A stretch of 64,000 nt of DNA. Origin: Mustelus asterias. Taxonomy: Eukaryota. Shown here in pieces: positions 1 through 11,880 of the stretch; the stretch's first letter is position 1, and every line of letters starts with the position of its first letter. The notes beneath the pieces were generated by a model. That model was given only the letters and a program-made list of their open reading frames with translations. It did not search any database and was not told the DNA's origin. The stretch spans positions 21,080,001 through 21,144,000 of the forward strand of contig NC_135827.1 in NCBI RefSeq assembly GCF_964213995.1, written 5' to 3'. A program made the translations under genes and the position numbers.

Positions 1-899
1 AAGAAAGTGGTGGAAATGCTGGTTTCTCGATAGATTGGAGTACTAACAAAGTACTTGCCCTAATTTTGTTAAATCTTCAATTCTAAGCATTATCCTACCA
101 TAAATCACCAGGGTAAATTCAGCATTAACAAACCTAACGCATTCTCAGCATTAATATTCAGAGAAATTGATCAGATGATTATCTCCTAAAGGCAATCTTT
201 AATTCAGCTAGGTATTTGATATGTATCGATATATATTTAGCACTGAATGCTCTATTTCCAATTTTCTTTTTTAACGTTTTCCTTCAATTAATATTGCTTT
301 TAATTCTATTAAATTATTACATCTCTTTTCACCACAGTAACCTTTCTGTAATCGTGTTAAACATGAACTCCAAAGAGCGAACAGCAACAGCACAATTTGC
401 TTTGCAGAACCGTGAATATATTGCCTGTGAAAGCTGCGGTGATGCAAATTTATGAAGATGGAGCTTAAACACTGAGAACTACAGGACCATCACAGGCAAG
501 TCCTATGCAAACTGCAGAGCACACAAATGATGTGGTCAGCTTAAAACATGGCAAGAATAAGGTGCGTTGTAACATCTGAAGTGCCGTTCAATATCAGTTA
601 GTTATGAGTTTAAGAGCGATGAAATTATGTTTTATAAAATACTGAGCAACGTTCTTCCCTTTCAAGTGGATTGTTGCAACTTTATCAAAATTTATAGTGG
701 ATCTTTGTTCTTTTTTCTCTGCTAAACTCTGTTTGATTCTTGCCTATATTCACTTATTTGAAGTAATAAAACATTTCTGAGAAACATTTTAAGGCACTGG
801 TGAACTATTTTTTTCTAGATTTGACTGCTGTGTTTTTGCTTTAATAGCTTTGCTAATTTATTTATTTTTATTGTTTAGAAACCAGAAGACTTTTATTTT

Positions 900-1275
900 T
901 AATTCTTTAATGGGATGTGGATGTCACTGGCCAGGCCAGCATTTATTGCCCATCCCTAATTGCCCTTAAACTGAGTGTCTCACTTGGCCATTTAAGAAAG
1001 CAGTTAAGAGTCAACCACTTTGCTGTGGATCTGGAGTCACACTGAGGTCAGGCCGGTAAAGGATGGCAGATTTCCTTCCTTAAACGACATTAGTGAACCA
1101 GATGGGTTTTTACATCAATGGTTTCATAGTCACCATTAGAACCTTAATTCCACATTTCTATTGAATTCAAATTTTGCCATCTACTGTGGTGGGATTCAAA
1201 CCTGGGTCCCCAGAGGATGACCCTGGGTCTCTGGATTACTAGACTACTGACAACACCAGTGAGCCACTGCCTCCC
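900..1275 (-). mobile_element. tRNA-headed SINE of a second family (non-HE1)
   Basis: Same family recurs at ~8050-8330, as a head fragment at ~30872-30925 and at 56915-57160. Confidence 0.6.
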
Positions 1276-2044
1276 CAAATGCTTTAAATTGTTCAGCAGT
1301 GGTACTTTAGTGAGCATGTTTAGAACTCTAAGCACTAGAAGCATGTGGTGTAAGTATCTCAATTTGTGCAAAGAAGACAATTCAACTTCTAACCGTTGCA
1401 TATTTATTTCCTGCTCGTTTGGAAATATAAACCATATTTACTGAAGACAAGAATATTCTTCCTTGTTCTTTCATCTTTGTAAGGACTCAGGATTGAAATT
1501 GCTGTCTAATATTAACAATAAAACATGTAAATGCATCTTCACAAAATTGCATTTATCATTATCTTAACAAAAAGGTGATAATTTGATTTAATTCTTTGGG
1601 GAAATATAAAAAGATGAACATTATCAAATTAAAAACACCCATTCTTTTCATTTGCTCCAGTTATTTTTTTAAAAAACGATAATTAATTTTTTCATGATTT
1701 TAATTATCTCATCCCTTTGTCTCTGTATTGGTTGTTGCTGGAAAGTACATCATGATATATCAGGGAAAATAGCTTAATTCTCTGATCCCGTAGCTGTTTA
1801 AGAAATCGGGTCTGCCCAATTTTACATTGCAACTTGCCCATGTAAAGACTTCTGCTTGTAAAACCGTCTGTGGCACCAGTTACTCAGTTCACAAAAGTAA
1901 ACAGCTAAAAGAATTCTGAAATATCATTTCAGTTTTTGACCATCTATTTTTGTACATTCTTGTTTTTTTTTTCAAATTGCGGCAACAAAATAATGGGGAG
2001 TTTGCTTTCTGGAGGTATCACGATTGATAGTGTGATAGATATTT

Positions 2045-2365
2045 CGTAGAGTCCCTACAATGCAGAAGGAGGACATTCGGCTCATCAAATCTGCACTGGC
2101 CACAATCCCACCCAGGCCCCATTTCCGCAACTTCACATATTTACCCTGCTAATCCCCCTGACACTAGGGTCAATTTAGCATGGCCAATCAAACTAACCCA
2201 CACATCTTTGGACTGTGGGAGGAAACCGGAGCACCCGGAGGAAACCCACATAGACGCGGCGAGAATGTGCAAACTCCACACAGACAGTGACCTGAGACTG
2301 GAATTGAACCCTGGTCCCTGGCGCTGTGAGGCAGCCGTGCTAACCATTGTGCCACCATGCCGCCC
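2045..2365 (-). mobile_element. HE1-type V-SINE
   Basis: tRNA-like head GGCGGCATGGTGGCACAATGGTTAGCAC, V-domain GGGTTTCCTCCGGGTGCTCCGGTTTCCTCCCACAGTCCAAAGA, CR1-like 3' tail. Confidence 0.85.
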
Positions 2366-2664
2366 ATATATAAGATATACAGCCAGTAGTAAGAGTCCTT
2401 CAGACATAATTCAACTCATGTATCATATTTGGTTTGGTGACAGCTTTCCAAAAGATAGAATTGAAAAACGCTGACTTCTAAACATAGAACATAGAACAGT
2501 ACAGCACAGAACAGGCCCTTCGGCCTACGACGTTGTGCCGAGCTTTATCTGAAACCAAGATCAAGCTATCCCACTCCCTATCATCCTGGTGTGCTCCATG
2601 TGCCTATCCAATAACCGCTTAAATGTTCCTAAAGTGTCTGACTCCACTATAGAAGTATGTATAG

Positions 2665-3170
2665 AAGCTTGGTTAAACCATACTTGGAATACTGTGAGTA
2701 GTTCTGACATCTATATTATGAAAAGAATAGAGGCACTGAAGAAGGTGCAAAATATATTGACCAGTCTGAGACTGGAACCAAGTGGTCAAAAATTAAGCAG
2801 GCTAAATTTTCTCGTGAAATGAGTAGACTGAGAGGTTATCTGAAAGATGATTTCAAGATTGAAAAAGGGTTTAATAGGGTAGATATAGAGCAGATATTTG
2901 CATTTGTGATGAGGCCACAACTGCCAGCCATAAATATAAGATAGTCACTCGTAAACACAGTAGGGAGTTCAGGAGAAACTTCCTTTAAGAAGATGCTTCG
3001 AATATGGAACTCACTGCTGGAAGCTGAAGCGAATAGCACAACCTCATTTCATGGCTGAATAATCACTTGAGGGAGAAAGGAATAGAAAAGGTGTTGCTCG
3101 GGTTAGATGAAGAAGGGTTGGAGGATCAAAAACAATAACATGGACTGTTTGGGCCATATGGCCTGTTTCT
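2665..3170 (+). mobile_element. Old degraded CR1 LINE 3' fragment
   Basis: Degenerate PHLEYC.../RLRGDL...FK and 3'UTR-like sequence. Confidence 0.55.
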
Positions 3171-3243
3171 GCATCACAAATACATTGAAAATACTTAGCA
3201 CCAAGAGAAAAAGTAATTAGAATGTTTTAAAATGGTATACTAG

Positions 3244-4388
3244 AACAAAGAACAGTATAGCACAGGAACAGGCCCTTTGGCCCACCAAGTCTGTGCTGAC
3301 ACAGATGCCCCTCTAATGTAATATTTTCTTGCCTCTGTGTGTGGTCCATATTCCTTCATTCCCTGCCTATTCGTGTATCTATCCAGATACCTCTTGAATG
3401 CTGTCAGTAGAATCTGCTTCTATCACCTCCTCCAGCAGCATGTTCCAGGCATTCACCATCCTCTGTTTAAAAACCTTGCCCTTACATCTCTTTTAAACTT
3501 CCCCCTTTCGCTCTCAACCTATGCCCCTGAGTAATTGACCCTTTGAAAAAGACTCTGACTATCCACTCTATCCAAGCCTGTCATAATCTTGTAAACCTCT
3601 ATCAGGTCCCCCCTCATCCTCCGACGCTCCAATGAAAACAATCCAAGTTTGATCAGCCTTTCTTCATAGTCCATATCCTCCAAACCAGGCAACATTCTGG
3701 TAAAGCTCTTCTGCACTCTTTCCAATGCATCAACATTCTTCCGGTAGTGTGGCGACCAGAATTGTACTCAATACTCCAAATGCAGCCTAACCAAAGTTTT
3801 ATACAGTTGCAACATGATTTTCTAATTCCTATACTCAACGCATCGACCGATAAAGGCCAGCATGCCATATGCCTTCTTGACCACCTTGTCCATCTGAGTT
3901 GCCATCTTCAGGGAACTGTGGATCTGCACACCTCGATCCCTCTGTATGCGAATATTTCTCAGGGCTCTGACATTTATTGTGTACTTTTCTTCTGCAGTAG
4001 ACCTTCCAAATCGCATCACCTCACATTTGTCCAGGTTAAATTCCATCTGCCATCTTTTGGCCCAGGACTCCAGCTGTATCCTCTGACAATCCTCCTCACT
4101 ATTCGCTACTCCCCCAATTTTTGTATCATCTGCAAACTTACTCATCAGACAACCTACATTTTCCACCAAATCATTTACATATATTACAAACAACAGAGGC
4201 CCCAGCACTGATCCTTGTGGAACACCGCTTGTTACAGACCTCCAGTTAGAAAAGTACCCTTCCACTTCTACTCTCTGCTTCCTATGCCCAAGCCAGTTTT
4301 GTATCCATCATACCAGCTCACCTCGGATACCTTATGACTTCACCTTTTGTATCAGCCTACCATGAAGAACCTTATCGAAGGCATTACT
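3244..4388 (-). mobile_element. CR1/HER1 LINE 3' portion (RT, frameshifted)
   Basis: ORF fragments SGVPQGSVLGPLLF, SKFADDTK, LERVQKSFTRMLPG, RGDLIEVYK. Confidence 0.9.
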
Positions 4389-4404
4389 AAAATCCATGTA
4401 TACA

Positions 4405-5045
4405 TCGAAACATAGCAGATAGGAGAAGGAGGAGGCCATTTGGCCACTCATTATGATCGTGGCTGATCGTCCAACTCAATAACCTAATCCTGCTTTTTCT
4501 CCATAACCTTTGATCCCATTCGCCCCTATATTTAGCCGCCTCTTGAATGTTCAATGTTTTAGCACCAACTACTTCCTGTGGTAATGAATTCCACAGGCTC
4601 ACCACCCTTTGGGTGAAGAAATGTCTCCTCACCTCCGTCGTACCCCGAATCCTCAGACTGTGACCCCTGGTTCTGGATTCTCCCACCATTGGGAACATCG
4701 TCCCTGCATTTACCCTGTCTAGTCCTGTTAGAATTTTATAAGTCTCTATGAGATCCCCCCTCATTCATCTGAACTCCAGTGAAAACAATCCTAACCTAGT
4801 CAATCTCTCCTCATACATCAGTCCCGCCATCCCCGGAATCAGCCTGGTAAACCTTCACTGCACTCCCTCGAGAGGAAGAATATTCTTCCTTAGAAAAGGA
4901 GACCAAAACTGCACACAATACTCTGGGTGTGGCCTCACCAAGGCCCTGTATAATTGCAACAACAATCCCTGCTCCTGTACGCAAAACCTCTCGCAATGAA
5001 GGCCAACATACCATTTGCCTTCTTTACCGCCTGCTGCACCTGCAT
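4405..5045 (-). mobile_element. CR1 LINE 3' fragment (nested)
   Basis: [44 protein letters not shown]. Confidence 0.85.
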
Positions 5046-7075
5046 ACAATATCCACAGCCCTGCCTTGGTCATTTTTTTTTGTCACTCCTTCAAAGAACT
5101 CAATCAAGTTTGTGAGACACGACCTCCCCCTCACAAAACCATGCTGCCTATCACTAATAAGCCTATTCTTTTCCAGATGCGAGTACATGTCCCTAAGAAT
5201 CTTCTCGAATAATTTCTCCACCTGAGATGTAAGGCTCACAGGCCTGTAATTTCCCGTATTCGTCTTCTGCCCTTCTTAAACAGAGGAACAATGTTAGCTA
5301 CTCTCCAGTCCTCTGGTACCCTGCCCGTGACTAAAGAGTATACAAAGATTTTGGCCAAGGCCTCAGCAATTTCTTCCCTCGTCTCTCTGAGTATTCTGGG
5401 ATAGACCCTATCTGGCCTTAGGGACTGGTCTACCTTAATATTTTTCAAAACCTCCAATACCCCCTGCCTTTTTATCTCAACAGGTCCTAAAAAGTCAACA
5501 CCTTCCTTTCTACACTCACCATCCACCACATCCTTCTCCTTTGTGAATACTGATGCAAAGTACTCGTTAAGGACCTCACCCACTTCATCTGGCTTCAGAT
5601 ACCAAATGCCTCCACTGTCTTTTTGTGGACGTACCCTTTCTTTAACTACCCTCTTCCTCCTTATATACACATACAAAGCCTTGGGATTCTCCTTAATCCT
5701 GCGTGCCAAGGACATTTCATGACCCCTTTTTGCCCTCTTAAGTCCCTGTTTGAGTTCTTTCCTGTTACCTTTGTATTCCTCAAGAGCCTTATCTGTTTTC
5801 AATTTCCTGAAATTTATGTATGCCTCCTTCTTCTTTTTCACTAAGCTCACAATCTCTCTCGTCATCCAAGGTTCCCGAATCTTGCCATCTTTATCTTTCA
5901 TTTTTACAGGGACATACTTGTCCTGAATTGTTAACAACTGACTTTTAAAAGACTCTGACATATCGGATGTGGATTTACCCTCAAACAGCCGCCCCAGTCT
6001 ACGTTCCCTAGCTCCTGTCGTAGTTAGCCTTCCCCCAGTTTAGTACTTTCACGCTGGGACTACTTCTGTCCTTTTCTTGAAAAGTATAGAATTGTGATCA
6101 CTGTTCCCAAAATGGTCCCCATTGAGACATTAATCACCTGTCCAGGCTCATTTCCCAGAACCAGGTCTAAGATAGCCCTTTCCCAAGTTGGACTATCTAC
6201 ATATTGCCTCAAGAAGCACTCTTGGACACACTGAATAAACTCTGCCCGGTCCAAGACCCTGGCACTAAAAGAATCCCAATCTATATTGGGGAAGTTAAAA
6301 TCGCCCATCACAACCGCCCTGTTCTTTTTACATCTTCCCATAGTCCGCTGACATATTAGTTCCTCCACTTCATGTTAGATGTTAGGAGGTCTGTAGCACA
6401 ACCCCAACAGTGTGATTGCACCACTAATGTTCCTGAGTTCTACCCATATAGCCTCACTGCATGATCCCACCAAGGTGTCCTCCCTCTGTATAGCTGTGAC
6501 ATTCTCCCCAATGAGGAAAACACCTCTTTTGTCACCCTTTCTATCTCACCTGAAGCATCTAACACCTGGAATGCTAAGATGCCAGTCCTGCCCTTCTTTC
6601 ATCCAATCTCTGCAATTGCCACAACATCATAATTTTATGTAGCAATCCAAGCTTTAAGTTCATCTGCCTTACCTGTCATACTCCTTGTGTTAAAGCAAAC
6701 ACACCTCAGGCCATCTGTCCTGTCACGTTTTGTACACTCTCCCTGTGTTTTATTTCTCTCAGCCTTACTGGACCCATTCACTGAGTTCTCCACAATCTCT
6801 GTGCTCTCTGATCTACAATGTGGATCCCACCCTTACTAGCCTTATTAGTTTAAATCCACCCGAACTGCACAATCAAATCTCCCCTCTAGGATATTGGTGC
6901 CCTTCCAGTTAAAATGCAACCCGTCCTTTTTGTACAGGCCCTATCTGTCGTGGAAGAGATCCCAGTGGTCTAAAAATCTGAAGTCCTCCCTCCTGCACCA
7001 ACTCTCAAGCCACTTATTAAGCTGCATTATCTTCCTATTTCTCGCCTCACTACCACATGGCACAGGGAGTATTCC
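5046..7075 (-). mobile_element. CR1 LINE: ORF1 esterase C-terminus, ORF2 APE endonuclease and RT N-terminus (decayed)
   Basis: VMGDFNFPNIDW, LDLVLGN, VPEDWRVANIVPLFKKG, QHGFVRGRSCLTNLIEFF; ORF1-like LYKKDGLHFNWKG at ~6890-6975. Confidence 0.88.
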
Positions 7076-7777
7076 TGAGCATACTAGTTGGAGCCTGCAC
7101 TGCGCATTTCCACCCTAGATGCATTGGCACAGACCGTTCAATTGAATAATTGTTTCAAAGGTTTTATATTTATTCTCATCATCTACTTTAATCTTCACCT
7201 CATCTCATCTTTTGCATTCATTCAAAACCTCAGTCATGTGCTTTGCCTCCATAAGATTTCTTCCTCACCCTTAATTGGCCTCACCATTCCTTTAACTATC
7301 CTTTAAATTATGTATTCCATTTAAAGATTTTAGGGTTCCTTTTCATATACTATATTGATGCTTTTTAACACCCTTTTAGCCCTTCTTGTTTCAATTACCC
7401 CTGCACTCTGCCTGAATTTTAATTAGCTACCTAATTATTCTGTATCTGGTATTTGTTATAAACATCCTTGTATTCTAACCTCTATTTCCTGTATCCAGGG
7501 AGCTCAAGCTTTGCATGCCACGGCTTTCCTCCTGATGAGAACATGCCAGATTTGTACCTGAATTATCCTTGCCTTGAAGGCCAGCCTTGTTCATTTATTC
7601 TTACCCTGGTCTTTTTTTTAAAAATTCCAGTCTACCTGTGCTGGATCTCGACTCAGGTCACTGACAATTGGCCCTGTTCCACTTGCAAATTTTTTAATTT
7701 GATGTTTCTTCACTCCTTTCCATAACCTAATAATATTATGATCACTAATACCAAGACATTGGTAATAGTGATCACTA

Positions 7778-8035
7778 GCATGGTGGCATAGTGGTTAGCA
7801 TTGCTGCCTCACAACATCGGGGACCCCGGTTCAATTCCAGCCTTGGGTCACTGTTTGTGTGGAGTTTGCACATTCTTCCCGTGTCTGCGTGGGTTTCCTT
7901 CAGGTACTCCAGTTTCTTCCCATGGTCCAAAGATTAGGTGGATTTACCATGCTAAATTGCCCCTTAGTGTCATGGGAATTAGCAGAGCAAATGTGTGGAG
8001 TTACAGATGGGATTCTTTTTGGTGCAGGCTCAATG
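7778..8035 (+). mobile_element. HE1-type V-SINE (degenerate)
   Basis: Head and V-domain motifs. Confidence 0.75.
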
Positions 8036-8819
8036 GTTCAAATCCCACCACTGCTGGATTTTAAATTCAATAGATAAAATCTTGATTTGAGAGCTAGCAT
8101 CAGTGGTGGTGGCCATGAAACTATCAATAATTTTTGTTAAAACTCATCTGGTTTACTCACGTCCTGTTCTGCCATTCCTACCTGGCCTAGGCTACACGTA
8201 TCTCACAGATACACATCGGTGTGGTTGATTATTCCCTCTGAAGTGGCCGAACAAGTATGTCAATTTAAATGCAATTAGAGATGGGCAACCTTGTCAGCAA
8301 CACCCTCATCCCATCAAAGAATGACAAAAAGCTGAAGATAACAACAGAAGCGGAAATATTGGTTCATGCTGCTGTTCAAACCAAAATAAAAGTCTTTGCA
8401 AGTGACGAGGTGACAAAGTAATAGATCCTTTCAGATTAATAATTTCCACCAGCCCGCTTTATCTTTGCAAATCTTAATGTTTTTTTAGTCGCATGATGAG
8501 TCAGGTCCTAATTGTGTCACTATCTGTTAAAAAAAGGTAAGATGTATTTTTATTTCCAAATTAAAGTGATGTAACTTAACTGTTCACAGGAAAGCAGGCA
8601 CAGTGGTGATCTGAAATCATTCGAGTCAGCAACAGTGCAGGAAAGGCAAGGGAGGAGCCAACTGATGTGTTGTTCAAATTGAGGGAGATGCTGTCCTTGC
8701 AGTGTTAAATTGAATGGAAAAAAGGCATGTAGGTGAGTTTGAACGTGTCAACATTGTACTATCAGAACTCAGAATCTCACTCACATCTTAAACGGTGACA
8801 GTGAGTTATCATAGAATAG

Positions 8820-9078
8820 ATCATAGAAACCCTACAGTACAGAAAGAGGCCATTTGGCCCATCGAGTCTGCACCGACCACAATCCCACCCAGGCCCTACC
8901 CCCATATCCCTACACATTTTACCCGCTAATCCCTCTAATCTACACATCCCAGGATACTAAGGGGCAATTTTAGCATGGCCAATCAACCTAACCCGCACAT
9001 CTTTGGACTGTGGGAGGAAACCGGAGCACCCGGAGGAAACCCACGTAGACACGAGGAGAATGTGCAAACTCTACACAG
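8820..9078 (-). mobile_element. HE1-type V-SINE (5'-truncated)
   Basis: V-domain and tail. Confidence 0.8.
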
Positions 9079-9221
9079 TTAGCAGAAACAAAGTACGGTG
9101 TCTAAAAGTAAAAATTATATTTTATCTCTATTCAAAAATATTAAGAACTTGACTATTCTAAAAACATCTCGGTGCAGTCGAAAAGGTCAACAGAATAGAT
9201 CAGAGTCCTGATTCTGACATT

Positions 9222-10591
9222 GGGCTCGATTTTACCATTGCAACGGGCGCAAAAACGTGGTAAAGTCGGGTGAGAAGCCATTATCACGATCCCCGTCCAC
9301 GCAGATTGCCACTTTACCGAAACCCAGGAATGGCGGCGATCCGCTTCGCGCCCAAAACAGGCGCAACGGCGATTTAAATGCATTTGCATGCATTTCAATT
9401 GAATTAATGAACTGCCCGCCCAACTTTATCAGCATTTCCCCCTTTACCATCGCGTTTGCCAATCCGGAACCGCGCCGTAATGGACCTGCTAAATAAAAGT
9501 CTGAATCGGGTGCTCCAGGTTCCAACGGCTCCCTGACTCAGATCAGTGGTGGGGGACGGGGGGGGGGGGAGGGAGGCCAGTCACATCATTCTCTGGTTGG
9601 AGGGGGGAGGAGGGGGGTGAGGCCAGATCGTTGTCTGGTTTGGAGGGGGGGGGGGGGGAGGAGGAGGAGGCGTGTCAGATGTATCTCTGGTGGGGGCGGG
9701 GGGGAGGGCTGATCGTTGTCTGATGGGGAGGGGGAGGAGGCGGGTCAGATGTTCCTCTGGGGGGGACAGGGGGGAGGGCTGATCATTGTCTGGTCGGGAG
9801 GGAGGAGGAGGCGGATCAGATGTTCCTCTCGGGAGTGGGGGGTGAGTGAGGCCAGACCATTCTCTGGGGGGGGGGAATGAGTTAGGCCAGATCGTTGTCT
9901 GGCGGGGGGGGGGGGGGGGGGGGGGTGGGTGGAGGAAGGAGGCGGGCAAGATGTATGTCTGGTGGGGGGGGTGAGGGTGAGGCCCGATCGCTCACTGGTG
10001 GGGGGGAGGCAGATGGATCTCTGGTGGGGGCGTGGGCAGGTGGGTCCACTGCCACTCTGCAGGCAATTGGTGGCGGGGGGTGGGGGAGGGGGGCAGGGGT
10101 GGCGATTGGTCTGGGTAGCGGGGGGGGGTTGATAAGGGGGACACCAATGTCTGTGGGTAGTGGGGGGGTGGATAAGGGGGACAGTGATGTGTATGGGTAG
10201 TGGGGGGTGGATAAGGGGGACAGCGATGTGTGTGGGTCATGGGGGGTGGATAAGGGGAACAGCAATGTGTGTGGGTAGTGAGGGAGGTGGATAAGGGTGT
10301 CAGTGATGTTGTGGAAGCCATCGCTCCCGCTTTTCGCTCCCGAGCCGCTTTCCGTGGCCCGGGAGCAATCTGACACGGGCGCGCTTTTTCAAATTTATTT
10401 TCTAACTACACATGCGCAGTTCAGAGCTCCGAACGTTTCGGGCGTGCTAAGCCCCGCCCACTGCGCGAATCAGACCCGTGATTTTTTTTTCAGGCTGAGT
10501 GTGTATCGGGGCGCCTGAGAGCAGATTTCTAAGTCGGATCTGCATTACGCCCAGATTCAGCGCTTAGAATGAAAATGGTAAAATCGGGCCC
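9222..10591. mobile_element. Non-autonomous TIR DNA transposon (PIF/Harbinger-like) with internal G-rich minisatellite
   Basis: TIRs GGGCTCGATTTTACCATT / AATGGTAAAATCGGGCCC; 3-bp TSD ATT at 9219-9221 and 10592-10594. Confidence 0.75.
9545..10310 (+). repeat. G-rich imperfect tandem repeats inside the TIR element
   Basis: Repeated gccagatcgttgtctgg(G)n and gtgggtagtggggggtggataagggg units. Confidence 0.85.
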
Positions 10592-11224
10592 ATTGTCTCC
10601 CAGTTGGCACAGATAGCTCTTAGAAAACACAGAAATAAGACCTAAAAAAATTAAATTATCGACTTGTTAAATTCACCCACAAGAAAGAAGTCCAGAATTG
10701 CACAGAGAGCAATAGAAACAGAACTAGATTTAACCAGCTGAATGGGCTTGAGCAGACACAATTCTAATTATCACCACAGTCTTTCCCACAACCTGATCGT
10801 GAGAACATGATTTACCATTTTGTGTGAATGAATAAAAAGCCTTTCTCATTTAATCCGCAATACTTTCATTCACGTAAAAAACAATCTTGGCTGAAAATTT
10901 CCTGTCACGCCTGCTGCGGGAATTGTAGCGGGTGGTACAGAAAATTTGCAGACTATTTACAGGTCTGTTGAGCTCAGCAGGAATTTCGGGTCTTGGGGCG
11001 TGTGCAGCCGGAAAATCCCACCCCCTTGACTATCAATTTAACTATTGACCAGTCTCAACAATACATCCCACAAGTTGATCTGCAGAAATTTATTCATATG
11101 ATTCGATAGTTCTAGTTTAACCCTCTAGTCTAACTCTCTGATTAGTTAGTGAAGATGGACTAAAATAAATATGCATCAAGACAGGAGCAGAAAATCTAAT
11201 TCATGTATCAAATTTAGGAAGATA

Positions 11225-11880
11225 GAAATTAGGAGCAGAAGTAGACAAATTCAGCCCTTCGAGCCTGCTCCGCCATTCAATCAGATCATGGCTGATCTCT
11301 CCCTGGTCCCAAATCCACCTCTCCATCTGTTCCCCATATCTCTTTAACCTGTTTTTTAAAAAATCAGCAATGTGTCTATCTCCTTCTTGAAACCAATCGA
11401 TGTTTCAGACTCCACCGCGCTATGGGGCATCGAGTTCCACAAATTCACCACCCTCTGCGAGAAGTAGTTCCACCTCATCTCAGTTTTAAATCTACTGCCT
11501 CTCAACCTGTACCTGTGACCTCATGTTCGAGATTGCCCCACAAGGCGAAACATTTGGACTACATTTACTTTATCAATCCCTTTTAGTATTTTATATACCC
11601 CGATCAGATCCCCTCTCATTCCTCTAGACTTCAGCGAGTATAAGCCCAAATTGTTTAATCTCTCCTCATACGTCAACCCTTTCATCACCGGAATCAATCT
11701 GGTGAACCTCATCTGAACTGTGTCCAATGCCACCACAGCCTTCCTCAAATAAGGAGACTAAAGCTGGACACAATACTCCAGAAGTGGTCTCACCAACACC
11801 CTATACAAATGCAACAACACTTCTCTACTTTTTAACTCCAGTCCTTTTGCAATGAATGCTAACATTCCATTTGCTTCACA
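11225..11880 (-). mobile_element. CR1 LINE 3' fragment
   Basis: VQMRFTRLIP...GLTYEERL...RGDLIGVYKIL. Confidence 0.85.

Noticed and set aside
9581-10376. Pro-rich and Gly-rich ORFs (formin/extensin-like)
   Set aside because: Translations of the G-rich minisatellite inside a TIR element.
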